A stretch of DNA of 54,596 nt from Candidatus Parvarchaeota archaeon (GTDB lineage Archaea; Nanobdellota; Nanobdellia; B33-G15): NCBI GenBank assembly GCA_017608385.1, contig JAFCFZ010000009.1:1-54596 (forward strand), written 5' to 3'. The notes below the pieces were generated by a model, which made no database searches, was not told the origin of the DNA, and saw nothing but the letters and a program-made list of their open reading frames with translations. How positions within the stretch are numbered: position 1 is the first letter of the stretch; each line of letters starts with the position of its first letter. Both the position numbers and the translations under genes were made by a program. Shown here one piece after another: positions 18,508 through 27,301 of the stretch.

Positions 18508-19791
18508 ATGATTGATTATGTTCTTTTGAAGACTAAAAAAGGAGATTTTGAGGGATTTATTGTCCCTAGAAGTGAATTTAGTCATAAGGGTTTTGTTACA
18601 TTAAAACTAAAAGATGGTTATAACATCAATGTGAAAAAAACTGATATAATTTCAATGAAAACTATGAAAAAAAGAGCAACACTTGAGAAGTTTCCTAAAA
18701 TTAATATTAAAACAAGAAAAGGGCTTCCAAATATCTCTTTAATCTCTACAGGAGGAACAATTGCTTCTCGTGTAGATTATGAAACAGGTGGAGTTAAAAT
18801 GGCACTTTCTCCTGAAGAAATAATGTTTGCTGTTCCCGAAATGCAAAATTTTGTGAATATTGACTCTGTAAAACAGGTTTTTAATATGGCATCTGAGGAT
18901 ATTTTTCCTGAACAATGGATAAAAATTGCTAAAACAATTGTAAATGAGTTAAATAAAGGTTCTAGAGGAGTAGTTATTACCCATGGAACAGATACAATGC
19001 ATTATACTTCTGCTGCTTTGTCTTTTTTAGTAAGGACTTCAAAACCAATTATTTTAACAGGAGCTCAGAGAAGCACAGATAGAGGGAGTTCAGATACGTT
19101 TCTTAATTTATTATGTGCGGGGATTGCTGCAGGAAGATCAGATTTGGGAGAAGTAGCTATTGTTTTTCATGAGAATCTTGAGGATGATTTTTGCTTTGCA
19201 ATAAGAGGAACTCGCGCAAGAAAGATGCATACTGAAAGAAGAGATGCATTTAGACCAATAAGTTCTCTTCCTTTATTAAGAATCGACAAAAAAGGAGGAA
19301 TTGAAAGAACTTCAGATTTCAAAATCTTTTCAGATGAAAAAGCAAAGTTAGATGGTGGTTTTGATAGGAATGTTGCATTGCTAAAAGTTTATCCAGGAGC
19401 AGACCCAAAAATACTTGATTTTTATCTTGAGAAAGGTATAAAGGGAATTATTATTGAAGGTACTGGTTTTGGCCATGTTCCAACAAACACACTGAAAAAA
19501 ACAGATTCTTGGATAAGCAAAGTCAAAAAATTAGTAGATAATGGAATCTTTGTTGGAATAACATCTCAAACAATATATGGAAAAACGAGCAGTACTGTTT
19601 ATAGGAATTTGAGGGTATTATCTAAAACTGGAGCAGTTCATTTATCAAATATGATACCTGAAACAGCATATGTTAAGTTAGGGTGGGCTCTTTCAAAGGA
19701 AAAAGATATTGATAAATTAAAGAAATTAATGTTAACAAACATCGCAGGAGAAATATCAGATAGAACAGAAGAAAATTGGTTTTTGAAATGA
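18508..19791 (+). CDS. gatD: Glu-tRNA(Gln) amidotransferase subunit D
   Basis: Asparaginase-like motifs ISTGGTIASRVDYETGGV and THGTDTMHYT after a short N-terminal barrel; directly followed by gatE; ATG 18508 (track TTG 18487). Confidence 0.9.
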   Translation: MIDYVLLKTKKGDFEGFIVPRSEFSHKGFVTLKLKDGYNINVKKTDIISMKTMKKRATLEKFPKINIKTRKGLPNISLISTGGTIASRVDYETGGVKMALSPEEIMFAVPEMQNFVNIDSVKQVFNMASEDIFPEQWIKIAKTIVNELNKGSRGVVITHGTDTMHYTSAALSFLVRTSKPIILTGAQRSTDRGSSDTFLNLLCAGIAAGRSDLGEVAIVFHENLEDDFCFAIRGTRARKMHTERRDAFRPISSLPLLRIDKKGGIERTSDFKIFSDEKAKLDGGFDRNVALLKVYPGADPKILDFYLEKGIKGIIIEGTGFGHVPTNTLKKTDSWISKVKKLVDNGIFVGITSQTIYGKTSSTVYRNLRVLSKTGAVHLSNMIPETAYVKLGWALSKEKDIDKLKKLMLTNIAGEISDRTEENWFLK

Positions 19792-21560
19792 AGATTGGTT
19801 TAGAAATTCATCAGCAATTGAATACTGGTAAATTGTTTTGTAGATGTGATTCCAAAATCATCAAAAGACCTCCTGACAAAGTTATTAAGAGGCAATTAAA
19901 GGCAATTTCAGGTGAATTAGGGAAAGTAGATATAGCTGCTTCTTATGAACAAAAAAAAGAAAGAGAAATTTTCTATGAATTTTATAATAATGATAATTGT
20001 TTGGTGGAATTGGATGAAGAACCCCCACAACCAATAAATAAAGATGCATTGGAAATAGCGATAAAAATAGCTTTTTTGCTTAATATGGAACCTTTGGAGG
20101 AAATTCAAGTTATGAGAAAATCTGTTGTAGATGGATCTAACACCTCTGGATTTCAAAGAACAGCATTGGTTGGGATCAATGGTTATGTTGAGACTAAGGA
20201 AGGAAAAGTTAGAGTCAATAGATTATACTTAGAAGAAGACTCTGCTAGGAGAATTTCGGGAGAGAAAACAATATTTAGATTAGATAGATTAGGGATTCCT
20301 CTTGTTGAGATAAGAACAGAACCAGATATCAAAAGTCCTGAACATGCTTATCAGATTGCTAGAAAAATAGGTCAATTATTGAGAGTTACTGACGTTAGAA
20401 GAGGAATAGGAACTATAAGACAAGATGTTAATGTTAGTGTTAGGGGAGGAAAAAAAGTAGAGATTAAGGGATTCCAAGACATTAAATCAATCAAAAAAAC
20501 AATTGAAATGGAAGCAAACAGACAAAAGGGATTTTTACAAATATCTAAAGAATTGAAAAAAAGAAAAGCCAAGTCTGGTCAAATAAGAGAGATAACCGAT
20601 ATTATTGAAAAAACAAAATCTAATTTGAAAAAAAGTTTTGGAACAAGTAATGCTTTGAAATTAAATGGATTTCAAGGATTATTGAAGAAACCAGCTGGTT
20701 TTTCTTGGCTTGGAAAAGAATTGTCGCAGATTGCCAAAAATTTTGGTTTTGGGGGGATAATTCATTCAGATGAGTTACCTGCTTTTGGGATTACTAATAA
20801 AGAAATTGAAAAGATAAGGGAAAGAGTAGGATGTAAGAAGAATGATGCTTTCTTGTTTATTGTTAGTAAAAAAGATAATATTCCTGCTTTGAAAACAATT
20901 GCAAAAAGAGCAGATATGTTTGTTAATGGGGCTCCTTCTGAAGTTAGAGTAGCTAAAGGAGATGGAACTACTGGTTTCTTAAGACCAATGCCAGGATCTG
21001 CAAGAATGTATCCTGAAACAGATTTATTGCTAATTAAAGTGGACTCAAAAAGAGTTAAGATATTAAAAAAAGATTTACCTGAAAGACCTGAGACTACAAA
21101 AGAAAGATACTTAGTTTTAGGATTAGGTTCAGAACAAACAGAACAAATAATTCGTTCGGGACATTCTAAACTTTTTGACAAGCTAATTTCAGAATCTAAA
21201 TTAAAACCAAGTGTTATTGCTAGTTTGTTATTGAGTTCTCCTAATGAATATAAGAAAAACTATGGAGTGAAGATAGAAATAGACGAAAAATGGCTTATTC
21301 CAGTGATTAGTCTCTTGGAGAAAGGAATGATAAGTAAAAATATGATTCCCCAAATAATCAATGATCTTTCAAAAGGCAAGAAATTGGAGAAAATAACCTC
21401 TTCTTTTGTTAGTGAAGATAGAATTGAATACTCTATAAAAAAAGTACTTAAGAAAAATAAAGATGTAGACAATAGGAAATTAGTTGGTCTTGTTTTAGCA
21501 GACCTAAAAGGAAGAGCTAGTCCTTCAAAGATCTTTGAAATAATCAAAAAAATTATTTGA
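19788..21560 (+). CDS. gatE: Glu-tRNA(Gln) amidotransferase subunit E
   Basis: MKIGLEIHQQLNTGKLFCRC start typical of GatE/GatB; ATG 19788 overlaps the gatD TGA (ATGA). Confidence 0.92.
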   Translation: MKIGLEIHQQLNTGKLFCRCDSKIIKRPPDKVIKRQLKAISGELGKVDIAASYEQKKEREIFYEFYNNDNCLVELDEEPPQPINKDALEIAIKIAFLLNMEPLEEIQVMRKSVVDGSNTSGFQRTALVGINGYVETKEGKVRVNRLYLEEDSARRISGEKTIFRLDRLGIPLVEIRTEPDIKSPEHAYQIARKIGQLLRVTDVRRGIGTIRQDVNVSVRGGKKVEIKGFQDIKSIKKTIEMEANRQKGFLQISKELKKRKAKSGQIREITDIIEKTKSNLKKSFGTSNALKLNGFQGLLKKPAGFSWLGKELSQIAKNFGFGGIIHSDELPAFGITNKEIEKIRERVGCKKNDAFLFIVSKKDNIPALKTIAKRADMFVNGAPSEVRVAKGDGTTGFLRPMPGSARMYPETDLLLIKVDSKRVKILKKDLPERPETTKERYLVLGLGSEQTEQIIRSGHSKLFDKLISESKLKPSVIASLLLSSPNEYKKNYGVKIEIDEKWLIPVISLLEKGMISKNMIPQIINDLSKGKKLEKITSSFVSEDRIEYSIKKVLKKNKDVDNRKLVGLVLADLKGRASPSKIFEIIKKII

Positions 21561-21726
21561 CTTTTATTGAATCTACTGGACAAGCTTCTTCTGCTTCTTT
21601 TGCACAAGGAGCTCCTTCTAACTTTTTGACAATTGATTTACTGTTTTTCATTTTGAAAATAGAAGGACATATTGCAACACAAGCTCCACATCCAATACAT
21701 GTTTTTTCATCAACGGTTACTTTCAT
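21553..21726 (-). CDS. Small [4Fe-4S]/[3Fe-4S] ferredoxin
   Basis: MKVTVDEKTCIGCGACVAICP...CPVDSIKV; ATG 21726 preferred, the track start 21780 adds 18 AT-rich codons containing TATA-like sequence. Confidence 0.8.
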   Translation of the reverse strand: MKVTVDEKTCIGCGACVAICPSIFKMKNSKSIVKKLEGAPCAKEAEEACPVDSIKVK

Positions 21727-21834
21727 TCTTTGAGTTACTTTTTGGTGATTTAAATTGATTTTGGAATATATAATACTCATTTATTAGTGGTAAAAATACA
21801 AAGGTTTTTATATGAAATTACCTCCTTCTCCATA

Positions 21835-22518
21835 ATGTCGTATAGAGAAAATCCAAATATTAAGGAATTTATGGAAGAATTAGGAATTGATGTTGAATTT
21901 CCAGAAGGAGGAAACATAGGATTTCGTTTTTATGATGAAATTAATGATAAAGTTTATGGTTATTTAGGTGAGGTTTCTAAGCCAAATCATTCCGGATTAG
22001 GTCCAAGAGCCATAGAAAATACTATTTATGAAGAGGTAGATTTTGATCTTTCAGGTAAACCTTATTTTTATAATCCTAGATACTTTGAAACATTAGGTCC
22101 TGTTGTGCTAGGTTTTTTAGGAAAAACAGGATTTAAGGAGTCAATTATTGAGGTAGCCATTGATGTTTATCAAATAGGGGGTAAAGCTACTCTAAAAGAA
22201 AAAACAATATCTGCTTTGGAAAAAAGATTAGGGGGAGATTTCTCATACTTGAATTTGGATATTGATGAAGACAAAGATAGAGTAATTAGATTTTCTTCAA
22301 GTAAAGAAAATGATTTAAATTCAATGGATTTAGATCAAAGAGAGATAGAGGTAAAACACCCCATTAATCCATTTGTTTATGGGAAAACGGGTTTTGGGGC
22401 GATGAATAGTTTCGTTTTTCTTCCTGATAAAATATCAAAATTACAAGAACTTTCTAGAGAGTTATGGATAATTGCTAGACAAGGAGTAACTCCTTTGGAA
22501 GACAATTTATCTAATTGA
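21835..22518 (+). CDS. Hypothetical protein (227 aa from ATG 21835)
   Basis: In-frame ATG about 25 nt downstream of the TATA-like ggtttttatatg; track start is GTG 21787. Confidence 0.55.
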   Translation: MSYRENPNIKEFMEELGIDVEFPEGGNIGFRFYDEINDKVYGYLGEVSKPNHSGLGPRAIENTIYEEVDFDLSGKPYFYNPRYFETLGPVVLGFLGKTGFKESIIEVAIDVYQIGGKATLKEKTISALEKRLGGDFSYLNLDIDEDKDRVIRFSSSKENDLNSMDLDQREIEVKHPINPFVYGKTGFGAMNSFVFLPDKISKLQELSRELWIIARQGVTPLEDNLSN

Positions 22519-22539
22519 AGTAACTATCAATTGAAAAAA

Positions 22540-22584
22540 GGGGCTTTGCCCCATGAAAGAAAAAGAGGAAGGGTAATGCCCTTC
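22540..22584 (+). terminator. Two adjacent short GC-stem hairpins downstream of the 21835-22518 gene (function uncertain)
   Basis: ggggc-ttt-gcccc (22540-22552) and gaaggg-taatg-cccttc (22568-22584); conspicuously GC-rich in an AT-rich spacer. Confidence 0.3.
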
Positions 22585-22682
22585 TTAGTTAATTTATATG
22601 TTTTATTATATATTTATAAGGATACACTTAACTTTTCCACTATTCCACTAATCTTATAAATTAACAATTGTTGAATTATTTC

Positions 22683-22985
22683 ATGATTGCTTGTGAATAT
22701 GCTATGTGGAAAGTATTGCCTGTTATTAGAAGAAGGTTAGCAGTAGTTATGGTTAAAGAATTGGGATTGTCTCAAAAACAAGTTTCTGAAAAACTTCACA
22801 TAAGTGAAGCAGCCATTTCTAATTATTTGAAAGGAAAAAGAGGAAATAAGAAAATAGATGGGAAGGCGCTAAAGAAAATAAGAGTTTCAGCAAAAAGAAT
22901 TGTTTCTGGAACAGAGATCAATAAGGAAATATGTACTATTTGTAAATACTTCTTGAAAACAGAAAATAAGAAGGTTTACTGTTGA
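22683..22985 (+). CDS. HTH transcriptional regulator (XRE-like, archaeal COG2522-like) with C-terminal Cys pair
   Basis: LGLSQKQVSEKLHISEAAISNYLKGKRG helix-turn-helix; C-terminal CTICKY; ATG 22683 (track TTG 22668). Confidence 0.65.
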   Translation: MIACEYAMWKVLPVIRRRLAVVMVKELGLSQKQVSEKLHISEAAISNYLKGKRGNKKIDGKALKKIRVSAKRIVSGTEINKEICTICKYFLKTENKKVYC

Positions 22986-23216
22986 TTACATTATTGCTGT
23001 TGTTCCTAAACCTGTGGTACATGAGCAAGAACAATAAAAGAAATAATCTTTCAGTGTCCAATCTGCTCCACACTCTGACAAACATTGTGTAGCCATTTTA
23101 TATGCATCACAAGAACTAATTCTGACTACTATCACAAAGAATGTGATATTAATCAATAATAACAAAATTATTACAAGAAAATACATTCGGTATTCTTTTT
23201 TTAGAATTCTTTTCAT
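22986..23216 (-). CDS. Small membrane-anchored Cys-rich protein (76 aa, 6 Cys in the ectodomain)
   Basis: N-terminal TM anchor then SSCDAYKMATQCLSECGADWTLKDYFFYCSCSCTTG; its ATG overlaps the stop of the PRC-barrel gene (ATGA). Confidence 0.5.
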   Translation of the reverse strand: MKRILKKEYRMYFLVIILLLLINITFFVIVVRISSCDAYKMATQCLSECGADWTLKDYFFYCSCSCTTGLGTTAIM

Positions 23217-23482
23217 ACAATGTCTTCCTCAGCAACGACTATTAAATCGCCAACAGCAATCACTGCATTGAATGGAATTTGATATTTGCCATTGTCATCC
23301 TTTTCTAGTTCAAAGTTTGAAGCGAATGAAGTTGGGCCATCAAGTACAAGGTAAATTATTTCTCCTGTCTTTGTTTCAAACACTAAGTCTCCCACTTTTC
23401 CAAACATCTTTCCCGATTTAGAAACAACTGTTTTATTCAGAATTTTTCTTGAGTTTACTCTTTCTTCAGTCATTTTAATCAA
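23213..23482 (-). CDS. PRC-barrel domain protein
   Basis: VVSKSGKMFGKVGDLVFETKTGEIIYLVL...IPFNAVIAVGD typical PRC barrel. Confidence 0.7.
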   Translation of the reverse strand: MIKMTEERVNSRKILNKTVVSKSGKMFGKVGDLVFETKTGEIIYLVLDGPTSFASNFELEKDDNGKYQIPFNAVIAVGDLIVVAEEDIV

Positions 23483-23524
23483 TCCTAAATATTCCTACTT
23501 CTTTTTTATATTTAACTTTTACCT

Positions 23525-24226
23525 TTAGAAGTTAACTTTAGTGTATTTTTGAAGCCAAAGAAACAAAAATAGCCATAAACCTATCAAAATTAGAATTAAG
23601 AAGCTTATAGGGATAAAAGCTATCAATAATAGCAATACTAATTCCGTTGAAAAAAGGATAGACCAAGGAATTAAAGACCATGCTAATACATGAAGACCAT
23701 CTAATTGAGGTAAAGGAAGTGTATTGAACATAGCTAACCATAGATTAAGATAAACTCCTGCAGTGAAAACAGGTGAAAGAGGCTCTAGAATCTTGAATAA
23801 TACTGCAAGAAATATATTAGTAGCTAATCCTACAAAACCAATTTTACCCATTTCAGCTTTTGTAGTTCCTTGGTAAGTTCTCCCTATTTCATAACTAGTT
23901 AGTTTCTTGATTGAGACGCCACCTACAACTAAAATAAGAAGAGGAATATCAAGAACCCATAAAAGAACGCTGATCACTAAAGAACCAATAGCAAACATTA
24001 GGTTTAGTTTGAATTCTGTTTTGAATTTTAATTTCTCAGCAAATATTTTTTGTGATAATCCATGAATAGCATATGATCCACATGCAACAATTGAAGCCAT
24101 TAACCAATTAAGATACCATATCCCCATTCTAAATGGAATAAAGATGTGTGCAATGAAACCAATAATAATAGATGCTAGCACAAGATCTCTTATTTCATCT
24201 TGGCTAAATCCTTGAGCCCATCTCAT
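23525..24226 (-). CDS. M50 (site-2 protease)-like membrane protein with degenerate active site
   Basis: NTLPLPQLDGLHVL motif retained, but the HExxH position reads HGLSQ. Confidence 0.6.
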   Translation of the reverse strand: MRWAQGFSQDEIRDLVLASIIIGFIAHIFIPFRMGIWYLNWLMASIVACGSYAIHGLSQKIFAEKLKFKTEFKLNLMFAIGSLVISVLLWVLDIPLLILVVGGVSIKKLTSYEIGRTYQGTTKAEMGKIGFVGLATNIFLAVLFKILEPLSPVFTAGVYLNLWLAMFNTLPLPQLDGLHVLAWSLIPWSILFSTELVLLLLIAFIPISFLILILIGLWLFLFLWLQKYTKVNF

Positions 24227-24270
24227 AAAGATTCATATTCTTCTTTGTTTAAATAATTAAAGAATAAACA

Positions 24271-24816
24271 TTAGAACATTCCCGATAATCCAATCAGGAA
24301 ATTATAACCATCTGTTCCTGGAAATGGAAGCATGTTAAAAATGAAAAGCCACATATTTAGCTTTTGTAACACTAAGAAAAACATGTATTTATCTCCGGAA
24401 ACTAATTCATACTTACAAATTATCCGACTAATAATTAGCACAGATAAGTTGACTAAGGGTCCTGCTAGTGCTGTTAGTGCAAATTGCCAAGCAATTGATA
24501 TGTTTTGAACAATGACATAAGCTGGAATGAAGAAAATGAAAGGAAAACCTATTGCTTTTAGAACTACACCTAAAAATAATAGTTCATGAACTCTATACAC
24601 AGCAATTCCTCCAAAGGACATTGCAACTAATTTATGTCCTAATTCATGAAAGACCACAGAAGGAATGGCTGCTAAAGCAGATAGTTTGAATTCTCTCCAT
24701 CCTGGTTTTAAATATTGATAAAACTCGGTTGAAGGTCTTCTGAAAAAATCCATGAAGATATATCCTAGAGCTAACACAGTCACTGCAATATATATCAATT
24801 CATCTAGGAAAAACAT
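24271..24816 (-). CDS. M50-family intramembrane zinc metalloprotease (short form)
   Basis: Intact FHELGHKLVA (HExxH) in a TM helix plus NMLPFPGTDGYNF. Confidence 0.7.
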   Translation of the reverse strand: MFFLDELIYIAVTVLALGYIFMDFFRRPSTEFYQYLKPGWREFKLSALAAIPSVVFHELGHKLVAMSFGGIAVYRVHELLFLGVVLKAIGFPFIFFIPAYVIVQNISIAWQFALTALAGPLVNLSVLIISRIICKYELVSGDKYMFFLVLQKLNMWLFIFNMLPFPGTDGYNFLIGLSGMF

Positions 24817-24850
24817 GTAATAAATAAAATAACAAACAATTAAATTTCTT

Positions 24851-25345
24851 ATGTTCTATGAGATTAAAATGAAGTTTGTGTTGGATGCGTCTGCTTTCAT
24901 TAATTTGGGAGAAATAGACTTTGTAGGAGAAATATTCACTACTTATGCGATTGATTTTGAAATAAGAGATTTTAGGACTAAATTATTACTAGAAGCAAAA
25001 AAAGTACAATTAAGAGCACCCACAAAAGCAAGCATGAAAGAGACAAAGGAACAGGCAAAGATAACTGGAGACTTAGAAGTGTTGTCTGAAGCAGATTTAA
25101 GTGTTATTGCTCTTGCTTTGGATCTGAAGGCAAATATTGTAACTGATGACTTCGATATTCAGAATCTTTGTTTACAGATGAATATTCCATTTTTCCAAAC
25201 AAAAACAAGAATAAAAAAGAAATTTAAGAGAAGGTTATACTGCGATAAGTGCAAGAAAACAAAAAAAGACAAAGTTTGTGAGGTTTGTGGCGCAGAAACA
25301 AGACCAAAGGTGGTAAAAGTTGAAAATATCAATAATTCTAGTTGA
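24851..25345 (+). CDS. nob1: Nob1-like PIN-domain endonuclease with C-terminal zinc ribbon
   Basis: PIN acidic residues (VLDASAFI, SEADLSVIALA, VTDDFDIQN) followed by CDKCKK...CEVCG; alternative ATG 24869. Confidence 0.75.
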   Translation: MFYEIKMKFVLDASAFINLGEIDFVGEIFTTYAIDFEIRDFRTKLLLEAKKVQLRAPTKASMKETKEQAKITGDLEVLSEADLSVIALALDLKANIVTDDFDIQNLCLQMNIPFFQTKTRIKKKFKRRLYCDKCKKTKKDKVCEVCGAETRPKVVKVENINNSS

Positions 25346-26003
25346 ACCAGAATCTGAAGGAAATGTAGGATCAATATCTAGAGTTATGAAGAATTTTGGA
25401 ATTAAAGATCTAATATTAGTTAATCCTTGTGAAATAGGAGATGAAGCAAAAATAATGTCAGTTCATGCAAAAGATATCTTAGAAAAAGCAAAAATAAAGA
25501 AGAAATTTGATACAAAGGGATTTGATTTTATTGTAGGAACTTCTGCAAAAAAAGGAGGAAGATATAATGTTAATAGATATTTTTTGACCCCCAAACAACT
25601 CAAATCTAAAATAAATGGAAAAGTTGCTTTGGTTTTTGGGAGAGAAAGTATTGGCTTAACCAATGAAGAAATGGAAAAATGCGATCTTGTTGTTACCATC
25701 CCAACCAATCATAAATATCCAACAATGAATATTTCACATTCTTGTGCTGTTTTATTGTATGAATTATCAAATTATACTGAAAAAAAAGAGATTGCTGGAG
25801 AAGATGAAAAGAAAGCGGTTTTCAAACTTATGGATGAATTAATTGATGAGATGGACCATAAAGACAAGGAAAAAGAAAAAAAGATGAGAACAGCAATGAA
25901 GAGAATGATCAGTAAAGGAGAATTAAGAAAGAAAGAAGTATTTACAATTGCTGGTTTTTTTAGGAACATTATTAATTTATTAAGGATCAGGAAAAAAACA
26001 TGA
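25320..26003 (+). CDS. trmJ: SpoU/TrmH-family tRNA 2'-O-methyltransferase (TrmJ-like)
   Basis: IILVEPESEGNVGSISRVMKNFG, LVFGRESIGLTNEEMEKCD..VTIPT...MNISHSCAVLLYEL; TTG start overlapping the nob1-like gene. Confidence 0.8.
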   Translation: MKISIILVEPESEGNVGSISRVMKNFGIKDLILVNPCEIGDEAKIMSVHAKDILEKAKIKKKFDTKGFDFIVGTSAKKGGRYNVNRYFLTPKQLKSKINGKVALVFGRESIGLTNEEMEKCDLVVTIPTNHKYPTMNISHSCAVLLYELSNYTEKKEIAGEDEKKAVFKLMDELIDEMDHKDKEKEKKMRTAMKRMISKGELRKKEVFTIAGFFRNIINLLRIRKKT

Positions 26004-26422
26004 TTAAGAAGATAATTCCTCTTCTACTTATTTTATTCTCATTAGGTTGTGTTCAACCTCTTGATTTGGAAGTAACTTTAGATGATGTTCCTGTTTATAC
26101 TATGTGTGTTTTAGATTCCACAGACACTTTAGAAAATTATCCATTTATGGAAATATATCCATTACAAAATACTTATTCTTGTGATTTGAGTACAACAACA
26201 AATGATATTTTTGACTTTTATAATTTAGAGATGGTAGGATGGACAAAGAGTAATAGTGTGAAAACAGAATTTCTTGTTGCTTTAGTTTTTGATAAAGACA
26301 TCCAAGGAGTTAAAGAGATATTTTCTTTGACTTATACTCGTTTAGATGGATTAAACCAATTAATCCTTGTAAAGGGATTTTCAGACAAAGTTTTAGATAC
26401 AGGATGGGTATTAGTTGGATAA
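26000..26422 (+). CDS. Secreted/lipobox-like hypothetical protein (140 aa)
   Basis: Signal-like MIKKIIPLLLILFSLGC; ATG overlaps the trmJ-like stop (ATGA). Confidence 0.55.
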   Translation: MIKKIIPLLLILFSLGCVQPLDLEVTLDDVPVYTMCVLDSTDTLENYPFMEIYPLQNTYSCDLSTTTNDIFDFYNLEMVGWTKSNSVKTEFLVALVFDKDIQGVKEIFSLTYTRLDGLNQLILVKGFSDKVLDTGWVLVG

Positions 26423-27040
26423 TTAGTCCAGATTAAGAGATTTCAAAACTTTTTGAAATGTTTCATTGCTTATGTTCTTTTTGTAATTTTTTAGAATCTT
26501 TGCAGTGTTTTTGTTTTTGAAGAAAAATGAGATTAATTGAGATACATTTTTTGGGTTTGTAGTATAATGACACCTCTCAAAATCAATGAATTTTGCGTCA
26601 TTTTTGTGGATTAATACATGTTTGAGTGGTTTGTGAAATTCCGTCTTGTTTATTTTTAACAAATCCATTTTGAATGCTTTTTCCAAACATATTTTGATTA
26701 TTTTTCTGATCTTTCTCTCATCTGCTTCTTTTAGAAAATCTATTAAGAACTTTCCTTTAACATAATCATATCTCACATATCTAAGCTTATTACTATACCC
26801 TCTGTATTTGGGACCAATTCCATATTTATTCAATCTGTTTAAAAAATAAGCTTCATCTTTTGAAGCTCCTTTAAAATCTGGGACGTCTTTCTCAATTTTT
26901 ATTGCTAAATCTCCTGATTTTAGAACAACAGAATGTCTACCTCTTCCAACCCATCTTGCTTTTTTATATTTTGATAAGATTTCTTTGGCTCTTCTTGTTT
27001 CTATTTTGTTTTGAACCATTCTTTCAAGCAATTTGCTCAT
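26423..27040 (-). CDS. Small protein kinase-like protein (RIO/Bud32-like fold, COG2112-like; tentative)
   Basis: Gly-loop-like GRGRHSVV, LAIKIEK lysine, and ...HVLIHKNDAKFIDFERC resembling the catalytic and DFG-like segments. Confidence 0.45.
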   Translation of the reverse strand: MSKLLERMVQNKIETRRAKEILSKYKKARWVGRGRHSVVLKSGDLAIKIEKDVPDFKGASKDEAYFLNRLNKYGIGPKYRGYSNKLRYVRYDYVKGKFLIDFLKEADERKIRKIIKICLEKAFKMDLLKINKTEFHKPLKHVLIHKNDAKFIDFERCHYTTNPKNVSQLISFFFKNKNTAKILKNYKKNISNETFQKVLKSLNLD

Positions 27041-27301
27041 AATCTTTGTAATATCTATCTACTAAATAAGTTTTTCATAAAGAAAATAAAAAGAAAGAAA
27101 GAGATTAATCATTGTCCTCGTCTTGATCGTCTTCTCCTATATCGTCAATATCCCATTCTTTGTCTTTAGTCCAATCCTCTTTTTCCCAATCTTCTTTTAG
27201 TTTGAACACCATAAGAAACTCTTTTGGAAATGGAGAGTTTAAATATTTTTCTATACAACACAAGATAAATAAGATAATCCTTCTTTCGATAATTTAAGAC
27301 A

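Noticed and set aside
22552-22575. Mini-ORF ATG AAA GAA AAA GAG GAA GGG TAA between the two hairpins
   Set aside because: It is seven codons long with no support. It is more likely incidental to the hairpin spacer.
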